Positions 28,298 through 38,867 are shown, counted from the stretch's first letter. The stretch is 64,000 nucleotides of DNA from Candidatus Algichlamydia australiensis (GCA_033977065.1 JAXCHI010000003.1:448001-512000), one strand, 5' to 3'. The notes: generated from the letters alone by a model not told the origin. Program-made: numbers and translations.

Positions 28298-28814
28298 GCT
28301 TATTGCTCCTGGATTGACGGATTACCTGGAAGAGCTCAATGAACGCAAGGGAGCCTAGCAAGATAAAAAGTGGATAAAGCAGTGTTGGAAGAGTAAGGTT
28401 AAACGTGAGGGCAATCAGCACACAAAACTGTAGTGTTGTGATGATTTTTCCCCAACGAATTGCACGGCAGCGGTACTCTTTCCATTGGTCTGTGACTTGA
28501 AGATAGACCCCAAAAATGCAGAGATAAAAATCTCTTGAGATCATAGCGCATGCTTGCCAAAGAGCGATCCGGTCTTCAAAAAAGAAGATTCCAAGCGCCA
28601 TGAGAACAAAAAATTTATCCATTAGAGGATCAAAGACAGCACCAACGCGGGAGGCGAACTTGTAGCGTCTAGCTATGAAACCATCAGCAAAGTCGGTGAC
28701 CATCGCCAAAAAGATGGCGATGAGGCGCACCATTTGACTTTCAACAAGGAAGAGAAGCGCGAGTGGACCACGTAAAAATGTGATCGCGTTAGAGAGATTT
28801 AGGAGTTCTTTCAC
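28287..28814 (-). CDS. pgsA: CDP-alcohol phosphatidyltransferase (PgsA-like)
   Basis: TDFADGFIARR...GAVFDPLMDK. Confidence 0.85.
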   Translation of the reverse strand: MKELLNLSNAITFLRGPLALLFLVESQMVRLIAIFLAMVTDFADGFIARRYKFASRVGAVFDPLMDKFFVLMALGIFFFEDRIALWQACAMISRDFYLCIFGVYLQVTDQWKEYRCRAIRWGKIITTLQFCVLIALTFNLTLPTLLYPLFILLGSLAFIELFQVIRQSRSNKHAL

Positions 28815-29419
28815 GAAGGACGTTTTTTCCTCCTCTTATACCAGAAAAATCCAATTCCCGTCAGCCCGAACAGTGTAAAAATTATTATATTAAACTTTTT
28901 TATTACACTAGCTAGTACTTCAATATTACTCCCAATTGTATAGTAAATAGGAAAGAAAAATGCAGCCCATATGGTGCATGCAACAACGTCTCGCATAGCA
29001 AATCTTTTAAATGGTAGCCGCGACATCCCAGAGCTCATAAAGAGGCAGTTGCGTACGCCAAATGGGATAAATCTCCCAACAATTTGTGTCCAAAAACCGT
29101 ATCGCTCATAAAATGAGCGGACTTTTGCAATATTTTCATCGGATAGGGCCTTGCGGAAAAAACGCATATTTTTCAAGCTCGATCCTGCTAGACGTCCAAT
29201 CCAATAAGAGATCCAGGCAGCCAGGATGCAGCCAACCAAGACCGATGCAAAGAGAAGATAAGTGTACTCTGGAATTGTAGTGGCGGCTAAAACGGCACTT
29301 AAAGCGAGCAGAATGTCGATGCTAATGGGCACATTCATACCAGCAAGCAGTGATGCAGAGAAGACAACCCAGGGGGCATGCTTTGCATGCTCTGTAATAA
29401 GTGCAATCAACCCTTCCAT
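28811..29419 (-). CDS. DedA family membrane protein
   Basis: SYWIGR, FYERYG, GRFIPFGVR. Confidence 0.9.
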   Translation of the reverse strand: MEGLIALITEHAKHAPWVVFSASLLAGMNVPISIDILLALSAVLAATTIPEYTYLLFASVLVGCILAAWISYWIGRLAGSSLKNMRFFRKALSDENIAKVRSFYERYGFWTQIVGRFIPFGVRNCLFMSSGMSRLPFKRFAMRDVVACTIWAAFFFPIYYTIGSNIEVLASVIKKFNIIIFTLFGLTGIGFFWYKRRKKRPS

Positions 29420-29427
29420 AAAATATC

Positions 29428-30978
29428 CTAGCCTAGCTCAGGTTGTGCACTCTCTTTTGGATTGATGAGCGCTGGTTCTGGTTGGGTCTTGCTTTGGAAC
29501 TGTCTTCCTAGAGATCGCGTTGCAGCAATCCAGGCTCCGGCAATGAGTACAAAGCATCCCGCAATGTAGGGGGCGCTTGCTGTAACACTCTTTAGAGGGA
29601 TTAAGAAAGCTTGATGGATCAATGAGCTTCCCGATTTTCCTAAGCGAGAGCCGACGCCGTCAATAGCGGCTTTTCCTTTGAGTTTGCTCTCAGAATCAAG
29701 AGGGATGAATGCCATCTCTTTTGTTGCATCAAATAAGGTGTATTTGCAGGCACGCGCGATGCAATTTTGCATCGAACCAAAAAATACAGCTAAGGCAAGC
29801 GGCGTTGAGCCAAGCATAAGTGCCATCGAACCAAATCCTGATTCGCGGAAAAGGAGGAATGAGAAGAAGGCGCATCCAGTTATGAGGATCGCTATGGGAG
29901 AGATCATGGCGCTAAAGGTCCATCCAAAACGTCTAATGCTACTTCCGCAAATAAAGATGGAGATGAAAGTAGAAAAAGCTCCCATTACCATGAAAACTTT
30001 CCCCATATAAGCACTAAAGTCATTGGGGTCGGGAAGTAATTGCTTTAACTGATCTTTCCAGACAACTTCAATCATGTTGATCGAGACGTTATAGGTGAAG
30101 ACAATGATTGCAATGCAAATCAAATATTTTGATTTACTTAAGAAAGCGAAATTCTCTCGTAAGCCCATTTTAAATTTTGGCTTTCCTTCTTTGCGCGCAT
30201 TGCTGCAAACGGCGCTTGTATCAAGGCCATTTTTTGAGAGCCAGCGGTAAGCGAATAGGATCGCTACCCCGCTAATAAGAATAACAAGGGTGATTAAAGA
30301 AATCGTTTTTCCCCAAGGGTCTTGAGAGCTGGGGAAAAGAGAGGAGAGCGCTTTAGAGGAGAGCTGTAAAGAGATGAACCCTGCGATGAAAGAGGCGATG
30401 TTGGCGCCCATAAGCAGAGGCGCGTAGAAACGCTTTGCTCCGCCCACATTGATCATCTGGTTGGCAAAGCCCCAAAAAAGAACAGTCATTACAATTGTCC
30501 CCCAGAGCTCACTCATGCAGTAAAAGAGAGTGAAGGTCCAGTTGCGAAACAGGGAAATCAGGCCATTAAACCCATCGGGGAGCTTTGTCGCAAGGGAGTC
30601 GCAGAACCCGTGAGGGTGAAGAGCGTGAATATTGGGGTAGATTGCAAAGGCGAAAAGGGCAAAAAAACCCAAGAAAATCGAAACCATGATGTAAAAAACA
30701 CGGTCACGGCCATAGCGATTGGCAAAACGAGAGTAGATGGCGGTGAAGAGAAGAGCCATGGGGAGGATGGCCCACACCTTGATGAAAGGAAGAGCCTCAG
30801 CACCGGAACCTTTCGCTGTGATGACAAGAGCATCCTTTGCAGCGCGAAGGAGCGTGTAATTCATGCAAATTAAAAAATAAATTACAAACATCGGCAGGAA
30901 CGTACGAAGCTCACTGCGATAGATGGGCCAAAGAAAAGAGCGGATTTTACCAAGCCGCGGTTGGGCGTCGGTAGCCAT
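29428..30978 (-). CDS. Npt1/Tlc family nucleotide (ATP/ADP) transporter
   Basis: YTLLRAAKD, SELWG, FWGFAN, KYTLFDATKEMAFIPLD, KGKAAIDGVGSRLGKSG; AGGAG SD before ATG 30978. Confidence 0.95.
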   Translation of the reverse strand: MATDAQPRLGKIRSFLWPIYRSELRTFLPMFVIYFLICMNYTLLRAAKDALVITAKGSGAEALPFIKVWAILPMALLFTAIYSRFANRYGRDRVFYIMVSIFLGFFALFAFAIYPNIHALHPHGFCDSLATKLPDGFNGLISLFRNWTFTLFYCMSELWGTIVMTVLFWGFANQMINVGGAKRFYAPLLMGANIASFIAGFISLQLSSKALSSLFPSSQDPWGKTISLITLVILISGVAILFAYRWLSKNGLDTSAVCSNARKEGKPKFKMGLRENFAFLSKSKYLICIAIIVFTYNVSINMIEVVWKDQLKQLLPDPNDFSAYMGKVFMVMGAFSTFISIFICGSSIRRFGWTFSAMISPIAILITGCAFFSFLLFRESGFGSMALMLGSTPLALAVFFGSMQNCIARACKYTLFDATKEMAFIPLDSESKLKGKAAIDGVGSRLGKSGSSLIHQAFLIPLKSVTASAPYIAGCFVLIAGAWIAATRSLGRQFQSKTQPEPALINPKESAQPELG

Positions 30979-31327
30979 AGTCTCCTTTGAGGTAAGCCTG
31001 GGCAACTGCTCTTTTCGATACCCATTCAAAAATTGTTGCAAAATTTGCTTTGTAGAACGCAGCTAACTTGTTAAAAGTTAGCGAGTTCGAAAAGCAGATT
31101 TGGGTCAAATTTTGAAGTGGTATCGGAAAGTCTGAGTTGTTCAGGGTTTCCTCTAAATAAAATTGTTTATGCACAAATCTGTTCAAGGTCTTGACTGTTG
31201 GGGGGAATCGAAAAGAAAATTGTTTCGAACTAGCGTTCAAGGGGAGTCAAAAGCCTCTCTTTCTTATCTGCCTCACATTATACCCTATTTTGAGTTAAAA
31301 CCCAAACTTAAGAAAATATTATAAATA

Positions 31328-32470
31328 TTAAATATTTTCCGATAAAGCGTCGATGCCGGGAAGGGTTCCTTTCTCCAAAAATTCAAGCGAAGCGCCCCCG
31401 CCTGTTGAGATATGAGTAAACTTTTCATTTAAATTTAATTTTGAAATTGCAGAAATAGAATCTCCCCCACCAACAACCCGGATAGAGCGCATTTCGGCAA
31501 GCAATTTAGCAAGGCTTTCTGTTCCTTTTGCAAACTCAGGAAACTCAAACACCCCCATGGGGCCATTCCAAAAAATAGTATGACTCTCTTCCAAGATAGG
31601 CTGCCACTTAGCAACTGTTTTTGGACCAATATCCATCCCTTGCCAGCCATCTGGCACACCCTCTTTTAAACGAACTGTTTTCACCTCTGCCCCGTTGGAA
31701 AATTGGTTGGCAATGACGATATCTTCAGGTAGCACAAGGTTTGGTGCCTCGTCCAAAAATTCGCTTGCTAGTTCGAGGTGAGTCGGGTCATAAATGGAGT
31801 TTCCAATTGAAAGGCCCATCGCTTTCATTAAGGAAAAAATCATCCCCCCACCAACAAAAAGATGGTCAACTCGCGGTTGAAGGGCGTGCAGTATTGCGAA
31901 CTTTGTATCGATTTTTGCCCCACCCAAAATAGCAGAAAAGGGGCGTTCAGGATTTTCAACAAGTGGAGTGAGATTGTCGATCTCTTTTTCCATGAGAAAA
32001 CCGGCTGCACATTTTCCAGGAAAGTAGTGACAAATGGGTACAATTGAGGAGTGATTGCGGTGCGCCGCACCAAACGCATCATTGATAAAAATCTCGCCGT
32101 GGGAAGCTAACTCTTTAGCAAAACTGGGATCGCTATCTGGATCTTTTTCCGCTTTATGAAAACGCAGGTTTTCTAGCATGACAATTTTGCCCCGGTCCAT
32201 CGAGACCTCTTTTCTCAAAAGTTCTGAGAGTCTTTTTGCACACGGTTTCAAGGAGAATTTAGGATCGGGTTCGCCCTTCGGTCTTCCCAAATGACTCATA
32301 ATCGTAAGAGTTGCGCCCTGATCAAGAATGTAGTTGATGGTGGGAAGCGCCGCGCGGATACGCGAATCATCGGCGATCGTGCCGTCCTCTTTCAAGGGAA
32401 CATTAAAGTCGACGCGCAAGAGCACACGCTTATTTTTTAGATCGAGATTTTTTAGGGATAGCTGCTTCAT
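31328..32470 (-). CDS. pgk: Phosphoglycerate kinase
   Basis: RVDFNVP, SHLGRP, WNGPMGVFE, STGGGASLEFLE. Confidence 0.98.
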   Translation of the reverse strand: MKQLSLKNLDLKNKRVLLRVDFNVPLKEDGTIADDSRIRAALPTINYILDQGATLTIMSHLGRPKGEPDPKFSLKPCAKRLSELLRKEVSMDRGKIVMLENLRFHKAEKDPDSDPSFAKELASHGEIFINDAFGAAHRNHSSIVPICHYFPGKCAAGFLMEKEIDNLTPLVENPERPFSAILGGAKIDTKFAILHALQPRVDHLFVGGGMIFSLMKAMGLSIGNSIYDPTHLELASEFLDEAPNLVLPEDIVIANQFSNGAEVKTVRLKEGVPDGWQGMDIGPKTVAKWQPILEESHTIFWNGPMGVFEFPEFAKGTESLAKLLAEMRSIRVVGGGDSISAISKLNLNEKFTHISTGGGASLEFLEKGTLPGIDALSENI

Positions 32471-33213
32471 AAATCGGAAAAGGGAGTCGCTGCTTGAGCG
32501 AAGTTCTTCCTTTTCCTTTTACTGAGTTCGCTTTTAATCGAAAAGAGCAGATCCATATCAAAATCTTGATGGACCGCCCAGCGTAGATAATCAAGAGGGA
32601 TCTCTGAGAAGGGGCGCGCCTTGTGTTTCCCGAGAGGCATCTGCCTCATTAAGATCGGTTTTTTCAACCTTTCAAGAAGCTCTTTAGCAGTGCGGAAATT
32701 CTGTGAAAGAAATTTGAAAACCTCAATATTGACAACCACATCGCTCATCGCGCGATGCGCTCCCTCTTCGGGAATGTTAAAGTGTTGTCTTAGTGCCTGC
32801 AGAGAATTTGTGGGACTCTCGCCATAAAGTCTTGCAAGGCGCAGAGTGTCGATGCGCTTGTTGTTTTCAATTTCGCAGGGAACTGTGTGACGCTTTGCTG
32901 CATTTTGCAAAATATCGATATCAAACCCAATCCCATGACCGACAAGAATATGATTGCCAATCAATTTCACAATCTCTTTTAAAACAGAGCCGATCATAGG
33001 CTTGCCTTGGACCATCTCATTTGTAATGTGATGAATTTGCGTTGATTCTTCAGGAATCGGACAACCCGGATCGATCAAGGTCTCGTAGGTTTCCAAGATC
33101 TCATCAAAAGTAAATTTTACAATAGCAATCTCAATGATCTGATCTTTTTTTGTATCAAGGCCTGTCGATTCAATATCAAAGCAGATGAAAGGCTGTTTAG
33201 TGAGTAAGGACAC
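32467..33213 (-). CDS. dnaQ: DEDDh 3'-5' exonuclease (DnaQ-like) with C-terminal extension
   Basis: FDIESTG, GHGIGFD, HRAMSD, MPLGKHK. Confidence 0.85.
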   Translation of the reverse strand: MSLLTKQPFICFDIESTGLDTKKDQIIEIAIVKFTFDEILETYETLIDPGCPIPEESTQIHHITNEMVQGKPMIGSVLKEIVKLIGNHILVGHGIGFDIDILQNAAKRHTVPCEIENNKRIDTLRLARLYGESPTNSLQALRQHFNIPEEGAHRAMSDVVVNIEVFKFLSQNFRTAKELLERLKKPILMRQMPLGKHKARPFSEIPLDYLRWAVHQDFDMDLLFSIKSELSKRKRKNFAQAATPFSDL

Positions 33214-33796
33214 GGGCAATTTCCCTTTTTAATAAGTCGCGATAAACGCCACTTTTGATTGAGTATAAGACGTGAGGAAGTTCTTTTAAACCTGTCGCCT
33301 CTTGTAAAATTTTACTATTGCGCTCCTGCGCTCGATTTAGCTCGCTCTTTTTGAGCTTGTCTGCCTTTGTGAATACAATCAGCAGCTTTTTTCCATGATG
33401 CGCGGCCCACATTGCAAACTCCAAATCATTTTTTTGAGGCGGGTGGCGCAAGTCAATGAGCTGAACTAAAAGGCTTAAATTTTCACGCGACTGCAAATAG
33501 TGCTCGATCGCCTCGCTCCACTGTGCCTGCTCTTTTTTTGAAACTTTTGCATAGCCAAACCCGGGCAAATCAACAAAAACAAGCTCGCCAGGAATTTCAA
33601 AAAAATTGAGCGTCTGTGTCTTTCCAGGGCGTGATGAGATGCGAGCGAGTTTGCTGTTTTGTGTGAGGTGGTTGAGAAGAGAGGACTTGCCCACGTTGGA
33701 GCGACCAATAAATGCGATCTCGGGCAGATCACTTTGGGGATAATCCTCCTCAAAGAGAGCCGATTTGATGTAGCGACACTTCTCGAATTTTTTCAT
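33197..33796 (-). CDS. engB: Ribosome biogenesis GTPase YihA/YsxC
   Basis: GRSNVGKSS, PGKT, DLPGFG, TKADK. Confidence 0.95.
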   Translation of the reverse strand: MKKFEKCRYIKSALFEEDYPQSDLPEIAFIGRSNVGKSSLLNHLTQNSKLARISSRPGKTQTLNFFEIPGELVFVDLPGFGYAKVSKKEQAQWSEAIEHYLQSRENLSLLVQLIDLRHPPQKNDLEFAMWAAHHGKKLLIVFTKADKLKKSELNRAQERNSKILQEATGLKELPHVLYSIKSGVYRDLLKREIARVLTH

Positions 33797-34196
33797 TTAT
33801 ATATTTAATTTCTACTTGGATGGCCCCTTCAGGAAGATTCGACCCTAACCTTTCAGCCCACTCAATAGCAGCAACGCCACTGCCGCCTAAGTACTCCTCA
33901 AAACCCAAAGCGTAAAATTGCTTAGCATTTTCCAATCGATAGAGATCGAAGTGGTAGAGAGGGACGCTGCCCTCATAAATGTTAAGATAGGTGAATGTGG
34001 GACTTTGCACTTCATTTGTCTCAACACCGCAAAGCGCTTTAGCAAGCCCCTTAACAAACGTTGTCTTCCCCGCACCTAAATCTCCGTAAAAAAGCAGAAT
34101 GGCTCCGGGAGAAAGAGTTTTGGCAAACTCCTCTCCAAGAGCCATCATCTCTTCGGTAGAAGAGATTCTTCTACTCTTCCATCCAGCTACTAACAT
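33750..34196 (-). CDS. tsaE: t6A biosynthesis ATPase TsaE
   Basis: GDLGAGKTT, VQSPTF, HFDLYRL, IEWAE. Confidence 0.95.
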   Translation of the reverse strand: MLVAGWKSRRISSTEEMMALGEEFAKTLSPGAILLFYGDLGAGKTTFVKGLAKALCGVETNEVQSPTFTYLNIYEGSVPLYHFDLYRLENAKQFYALGFEEYLGGSGVAAIEWAERLGSNLPEGAIQVEIKYINEKIREVSLHQIGSL

Positions 34197-34890
34197 AGCT
34201 TTCAAATTCCTTGTGCGTGCCTAAGTCTTCAACGAAGGCAGAGATTTGCGATTCATCTAGCTGCTTTTGCAAAAACTCCATGAAGTCCTCTTCAATCTCA
34301 AAGCGATTTTGAGAGGGAACATCGATCAGATCAATTGCCTTAATCTGATTTTTTTTGAAATCATCAATCACCGATTTTTTCGTATTGAACAGCTTGCCTG
34401 TGATTGCAGAAGAGTAGACCGTTTTTGTGACCGCGGCCTTCTCTTTTTTAATGTAATTTTTAATGACTTCCGAATCTTCGGAAATATGAAAGCGCTTGAC
34501 TTTCATGCCCTTGTCCATCTCGGTGTTTTCTGGGCAGCTTGCAACCCAATCATAGATCGCATCTTGGGGGTTTGGGTGCGTGTTATCGCCAAAAACTTTC
34601 CCTGTAAACGGGCAGATATAGATGCGTTTTGTCTCAGCATTGACACTCTGTTGGCCATACTGAATCTTGATCTGTGTTTCGCGCCAGACCTTGCCCTCTT
34701 TTTCCAGCTTCGCGAGCAGCTCATCCGCACTTTGATAGATCTTGCGTTCACGACCGAAAATAACGGGATGCAATTTAAATTTTTTCTCCAAAAAGAAGAA
34801 ATATGTCGTGAGAAGGTCAGCCTTCTTATTTTTCTTTAAAAATTTATCTAATAGCTCTACGAGCGAATCTGTAACAATCTTCGTTGCCAT
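34171..34890 (-). CDS. Chlamydia-specific DUF2709 protein
   Basis: IYICPFTGKVFGDNTHPNPQDAIYDWV. Confidence 0.85.
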   Translation of the reverse strand: MATKIVTDSLVELLDKFLKKNKKADLLTTYFFFLEKKFKLHPVIFGRERKIYQSADELLAKLEKEGKVWRETQIKIQYGQQSVNAETKRIYICPFTGKVFGDNTHPNPQDAIYDWVASCPENTEMDKGMKVKRFHISEDSEVIKNYIKKEKAAVTKTVYSSAITGKLFNTKKSVIDDFKKNQIKAIDLIDVPSQNRFEIEEDFMEFLQKQLDESQISAFVEDLGTHKEFESYVSSWMEE

Positions 34891-34994
34891 AACTACCTTA
34901 AAATATGATTTTTTAGGATACCATTAAGGGAGTAAACAAGCAAGAATTCCATTGTTTTTATAAAGTAAAATATTTATTTCACAATCGATTTTGA

Positions 34995-35023
34995 TAGACT
35001 TTTTATTAAAATTTGGGTAGAAT
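34995..35023 (+). promoter_or_regulatory. Predicted sigma66 promoter
   Basis: TAGACT-N17-TAGAAT. Confidence 0.5.
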
Positions 35024-35052
35024 TGCTATTAATAAAATTTGAGATTTAAAAA

Positions 35053-35961
35053 ATGTTTAATTTAGTAAAAGCTCACCAAGATCCTCGGCATGAAAGTAAT
35101 GGTCTCTTGCCACTATTCGGAAAACTTGAAGATGCCGCTATATTGATTGGCACATTTGCCCTCCCTGTAATGCTTTATCGCGGAGGTTTTTTTCAAAATT
35201 ACTCTTTACAAAATGCAACTAAGACCCGCGTTTTTGTTTTGACCTACGGAGTAGCACTTGCTCTACGACTCCTCGCTACCACAGTCGGAAGGGCAGTCCG
35301 CAGATCGTCTAAAAATACAGAAACTCCTCAGCAGTCTGAAAAGGTTAGCCTGCCGAAGCCTCCAGTAGAAAAACAACCGGAACAGAAAGAAACAACAAGC
35401 TGGTGGGTAAAAAGGTTGCTAAGTGAGGCCGAAGAAAAAGATCGGGAAATAGAAGTCTTGAAAGGGCAGTTGCGTACTGTAGATGACGAGAAAAGAAAAC
35501 TTCAAAGAGCAAATCGAGAACTTCCAAGAGAAAAAGCAAAAGTTGAGGAATTAGAAAAAGAGCTAGAGAGAGAAAAAAAAATCCATGCAGAAGTAGGATC
35601 AGACTTTGTAAACAAATTAGCAAGCCTTAGAACTCAGTTGAAAGAGAAAGGACAAGAGCATTTGGAAAGTCAAATTATTGAATTACAAGAGAAAAATGAG
35701 CAATTAGAGAGTAAAGTAGAAGAGCTTCGAAGCGAAAATATGCAATTAAGAAGTGCAAATATAAATTTACAGACTAGCCATAATGATGAGAAGAACAAAA
35801 TGGCGCGAGAAATTATTTTCCTAAAAGGAAAAATATCAGCTCAAGAAATAGATATTGCCTCCTTAAAGGGAAGAGATGCACTTCAAAAAAAATGGAGTGC
35901 AGTGAGTAGAGGACCCGGCATAAAAGAAGCTTCGAAGGAGAAGATTGAAGAGGTAGAGTAG
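35053..35961 (+). CDS. Orphan with two N-terminal hydrophobic segments and a long coiled coil (Inc-like)
   Basis: AAILIGTFALPVML and VFVLTYGVALAL segments followed by a long E/K-rich heptad region. Confidence 0.7.
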   Translation: MFNLVKAHQDPRHESNGLLPLFGKLEDAAILIGTFALPVMLYRGGFFQNYSLQNATKTRVFVLTYGVALALRLLATTVGRAVRRSSKNTETPQQSEKVSLPKPPVEKQPEQKETTSWWVKRLLSEAEEKDREIEVLKGQLRTVDDEKRKLQRANRELPREKAKVEELEKELEREKKIHAEVGSDFVNKLASLRTQLKEKGQEHLESQIIELQEKNEQLESKVEELRSENMQLRSANINLQTSHNDEKNKMAREIIFLKGKISAQEIDIASLKGRDALQKKWSAVSRGPGIKEASKEKIEEVE

Positions 35962-35991
35962 TTATAAAATAAAAAATAGATTTTCACAAAT

Positions 35992-36020
35992 TTGTATTTT
36001 CTACGAATTTTTGGTATAAT
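35992..36020 (+). promoter_or_regulatory. Predicted sigma66 promoter for ldh-argS
   Basis: TTGTAT-N17-TATAAT with TG extension. Confidence 0.65.
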
Positions 36021-36043
36021 TGCTGTAAAATAGTTGCATCACC

Positions 36044-37147
36044 ATGGAACCAATACTAGAAGAACTCGACATCCCCGGATATCACAGGGTTGTAAAAATT
36101 ACTGAGCCTACATGTGGGCTTGTAGGAATTATTTCAATTCACGATCTGACCATGGGGCCAACCCTTGGTGGGATTCGCTTCTATCCTTATCAAAGTTTTG
36201 ATGATGCGCTCTTTGATGTACTGCGCCTCTCTAAAGGAATGACGTATAAGTCGGCGATGGTTGAGCACGGCTGTGGTGGGGGAAAGAGTGTCATCATTGC
36301 TGATCCCAAGACGCAAAAAACACCTGAGCTCTTGCGCGCCTTTGCTCGCGCGATCCATAAGTTGGAGGGTATTTACATTGGTGCTGAAGATTCAGGCTGC
36401 ACGCCTGAAGATTTAGCACTCATGAGTGAAGAGACTCCTTATCTTGTCGGTTTGATGCATGAGAAGAGTTCTGGTCACCCGTCGCCGTACACGGCGTGGG
36501 GTACTTTTCGTGGGATTGAGGCAGCTTTGCAGTTTCGCTATGGCTCAACTGAGGTTGAGGGGAAACATTTTGCTTTCCAAGGCGTAGGCTCTGTTGGAGA
36601 AATCATTGCGGAGCATCTCTTTTGGCGCGGTGCCAAGTTGACTTTTGCAGATGTCAATGTAGAGAATTGCCAGCGTTTAGCAAAGAAATTTGGCGCTGAT
36701 GTGGTCTCTGTAGAAGAGATTGTTACGCATCCATGTGATGTTTTTGTGCCTTGCGCTCTGGGCGGTGTGATCCATAAAGAAAATATTCCACAGCTGCAGT
36801 GCGAAATTATTGCAGGCTGTGCTAACAATGTTTTACTAGAGGAAAGCGATGGCGATCTATTGAAAGAGCGCAATATTCTCTATGCTCCCGATTTTGTTAT
36901 CAATGGCGGGGGGTTAATCAATGTGGTTTGTGAGATTGAAAAAGAGGGCTATTCACCAGTGCGGACGAGAAAGACCACAGACCAAATTTTTGAGCGGCTT
37001 CTCTCGATTTTTGAAGAATCTAAGAAAACAGGTTGCTCTACGCATGCAGCAGCAATTAAACTAGCAGAATATCGTCTACAAAATAGAATAGGAAAACGTC
37101 CTTATGAGCCCTGTTTCCACCACGCAAGCTGCGAAGCTGCTCGTTGA
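36044..37147 (+). CDS. ldh: Leu/Phe/Val dehydrogenase
   Basis: GPTLGG, GMTYK, GGGKSVI, PCALGG, PDFVINGGG. Confidence 0.92.
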   Translation: MEPILEELDIPGYHRVVKITEPTCGLVGIISIHDLTMGPTLGGIRFYPYQSFDDALFDVLRLSKGMTYKSAMVEHGCGGGKSVIIADPKTQKTPELLRAFARAIHKLEGIYIGAEDSGCTPEDLALMSEETPYLVGLMHEKSSGHPSPYTAWGTFRGIEAALQFRYGSTEVEGKHFAFQGVGSVGEIIAEHLFWRGAKLTFADVNVENCQRLAKKFGADVVSVEEIVTHPCDVFVPCALGGVIHKENIPQLQCEIIAGCANNVLLEESDGDLLKERNILYAPDFVINGGGLINVVCEIEKEGYSPVRTRKTTDQIFERLLSIFEESKKTGCSTHAAAIKLAEYRLQNRIGKRPYEPCFHHASCEAAR

Positions 37148-38867
37148 AATTTTAAAGAAGCGCGCTACAAGCGCCATTCAAAAAGCCTTTCCCGATCTGC
37201 AAAATGAGATAGCAGAAGTCGTTCCTAGTACACAGGAGCGTTTTGGTCACTACCAGTGCAACAGCGCTTTGCGCCTTGCCAAGCAGATGCGCCAAAATCC
37301 ACGTGAGGTGGCCCAGGCGATCATGCAAAATCTTCCCAATGAAGATGAGCTTGCGATCAAGATGGAGATTGCGGGACCCGGCTTTATCAATATTTTTCTC
37401 AATCCAAGTTTCTTAAGCGAAAGGACAAATCATCTTTTGCATGATCCGCGTCTTGGTGTGCCGAAGCTAGCAAGTCCTAAGCGCATGGTCGTAGAATTCT
37501 CCTCTCCCAACATTGCTAAAGAGCTGCACGTCGGGCACTTGCGTTCGACAATCATTGGCGATTCGCTTGCGCGTTTAATGGAGTTTTTAGGGCATGATGT
37601 GCTGCGTCTCAATCACATTGGCGATTGGGGAACGCAATTTGGCATGCTCATCTCCTATCTCAAAGAACTTCAGCCCGAGGTTCTTGAGGGTAAAAAACAG
37701 GCGGCGCTTAAAGAGTTAATGGGCTGGTATCGCGATGCAAAGAAAAAATTTGATAAAGATCCCGGTTTTAAAAAGCGCTCGCAAGAAGAGGTTGTGCGTC
37801 TGCAAGGGGGAGATGAGCACTCTCTTTCTGCGTGGAAAAAGATTTGTGAAATTTCGCGCGACGCGTTTAAAGAAATTTATGGGTTGCTTGATGTAGAGCT
37901 TATTGAGCGCGGTGAGTCGTTTTACAATCCCTTTCTTGCATCGCTTGTAGAAGATTTAGAAAAGAAAAAATTGGTTACGCTTTCTGATGGAGCCAAGTGC
38001 ATTTTCCTCGAAGGTTTTGTGAACAAAGAGGGCGATCCACTCCCAATGATCGTGCAAAAATCGGATGGCGGTTACAACTACTCGACAACGGATATGGCGG
38101 GTATGCGTCATCGCATTGAAAAAGAGAAGGCTGAGCGCATTGTTGTGGTGACAGATGCAGGACAGAGCTTGCACTTCCAAATGATTGCTGCTGCTGCAGA
38201 AAAAGCGGGCTATCTCGACCCAAAAAAGACCCAGTTCGATCACGTGCCTTTTGGTGTTGTGCTCAACACTTCTGGAAAAAAGTTTAAAACGCGTGAAGGC
38301 GCGACTGAGCCACTTGTCTCTCTTCTCACAGAGGGGATTGCTCATGCAAAAAAACTGTTATCAGAGCGTCTGCACGATGATCCTGAACTTGACCAATTGG
38401 CCACTATCTTGGGCATTGATGCGATTAAATATGCCGATCTCTCCTGCCATCGCATGAAAGATTATGTATTTAGTTATGATCGCATGCTCAATTTTGAAGG
38501 CAATACCGCTGCCTACTTGCTCTACTCCTATGTGCGCATCCAAGGGATTAAGCGCAAAGTAGGAAAAGATCTTGGTGAGGTGCAAGACCTTGCAAAAATT
38601 ATGTTAGAGCACCCAAGTGAGATTTCTCTTGGTCTCAAGCTCTGTCAGTTTGGAGAGACGCTTCGCGTAATGGAACGCGATCTTCTGCCCAATCGATTAA
38701 CGGATTATCTCTATAATCTTGCTGAGAGCTTTCACGCTTTCTTTCGCGATTGCCGCGTTGAGGGAGTCGATGAGGAGAATGCGCGTCTGCTTCTTTGCGA
38801 AGCGACCGCCCGCGTTCTCAAGCAGGGCTTAGAAATTTTAGGCCTTAAGACCCTCGATCGTATGTAA
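37104..38867 (+). CDS. argS: Arginine-tRNA ligase
   Basis: SSPNIAKELHVGH, GDWGTQFG, KSDGG, EGNTAAYL. Confidence 0.99.
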   Translation: MSPVSTTQAAKLLVEILKKRATSAIQKAFPDLQNEIAEVVPSTQERFGHYQCNSALRLAKQMRQNPREVAQAIMQNLPNEDELAIKMEIAGPGFINIFLNPSFLSERTNHLLHDPRLGVPKLASPKRMVVEFSSPNIAKELHVGHLRSTIIGDSLARLMEFLGHDVLRLNHIGDWGTQFGMLISYLKELQPEVLEGKKQAALKELMGWYRDAKKKFDKDPGFKKRSQEEVVRLQGGDEHSLSAWKKICEISRDAFKEIYGLLDVELIERGESFYNPFLASLVEDLEKKKLVTLSDGAKCIFLEGFVNKEGDPLPMIVQKSDGGYNYSTTDMAGMRHRIEKEKAERIVVVTDAGQSLHFQMIAAAAEKAGYLDPKKTQFDHVPFGVVLNTSGKKFKTREGATEPLVSLLTEGIAHAKKLLSERLHDDPELDQLATILGIDAIKYADLSCHRMKDYVFSYDRMLNFEGNTAAYLLYSYVRIQGIKRKVGKDLGEVQDLAKIMLEHPSEISLGLKLCQFGETLRVMERDLLPNRLTDYLYNLAESFHAFFRDCRVEGVDEENARLLLCEATARVLKQGLEILGLKTLDRM

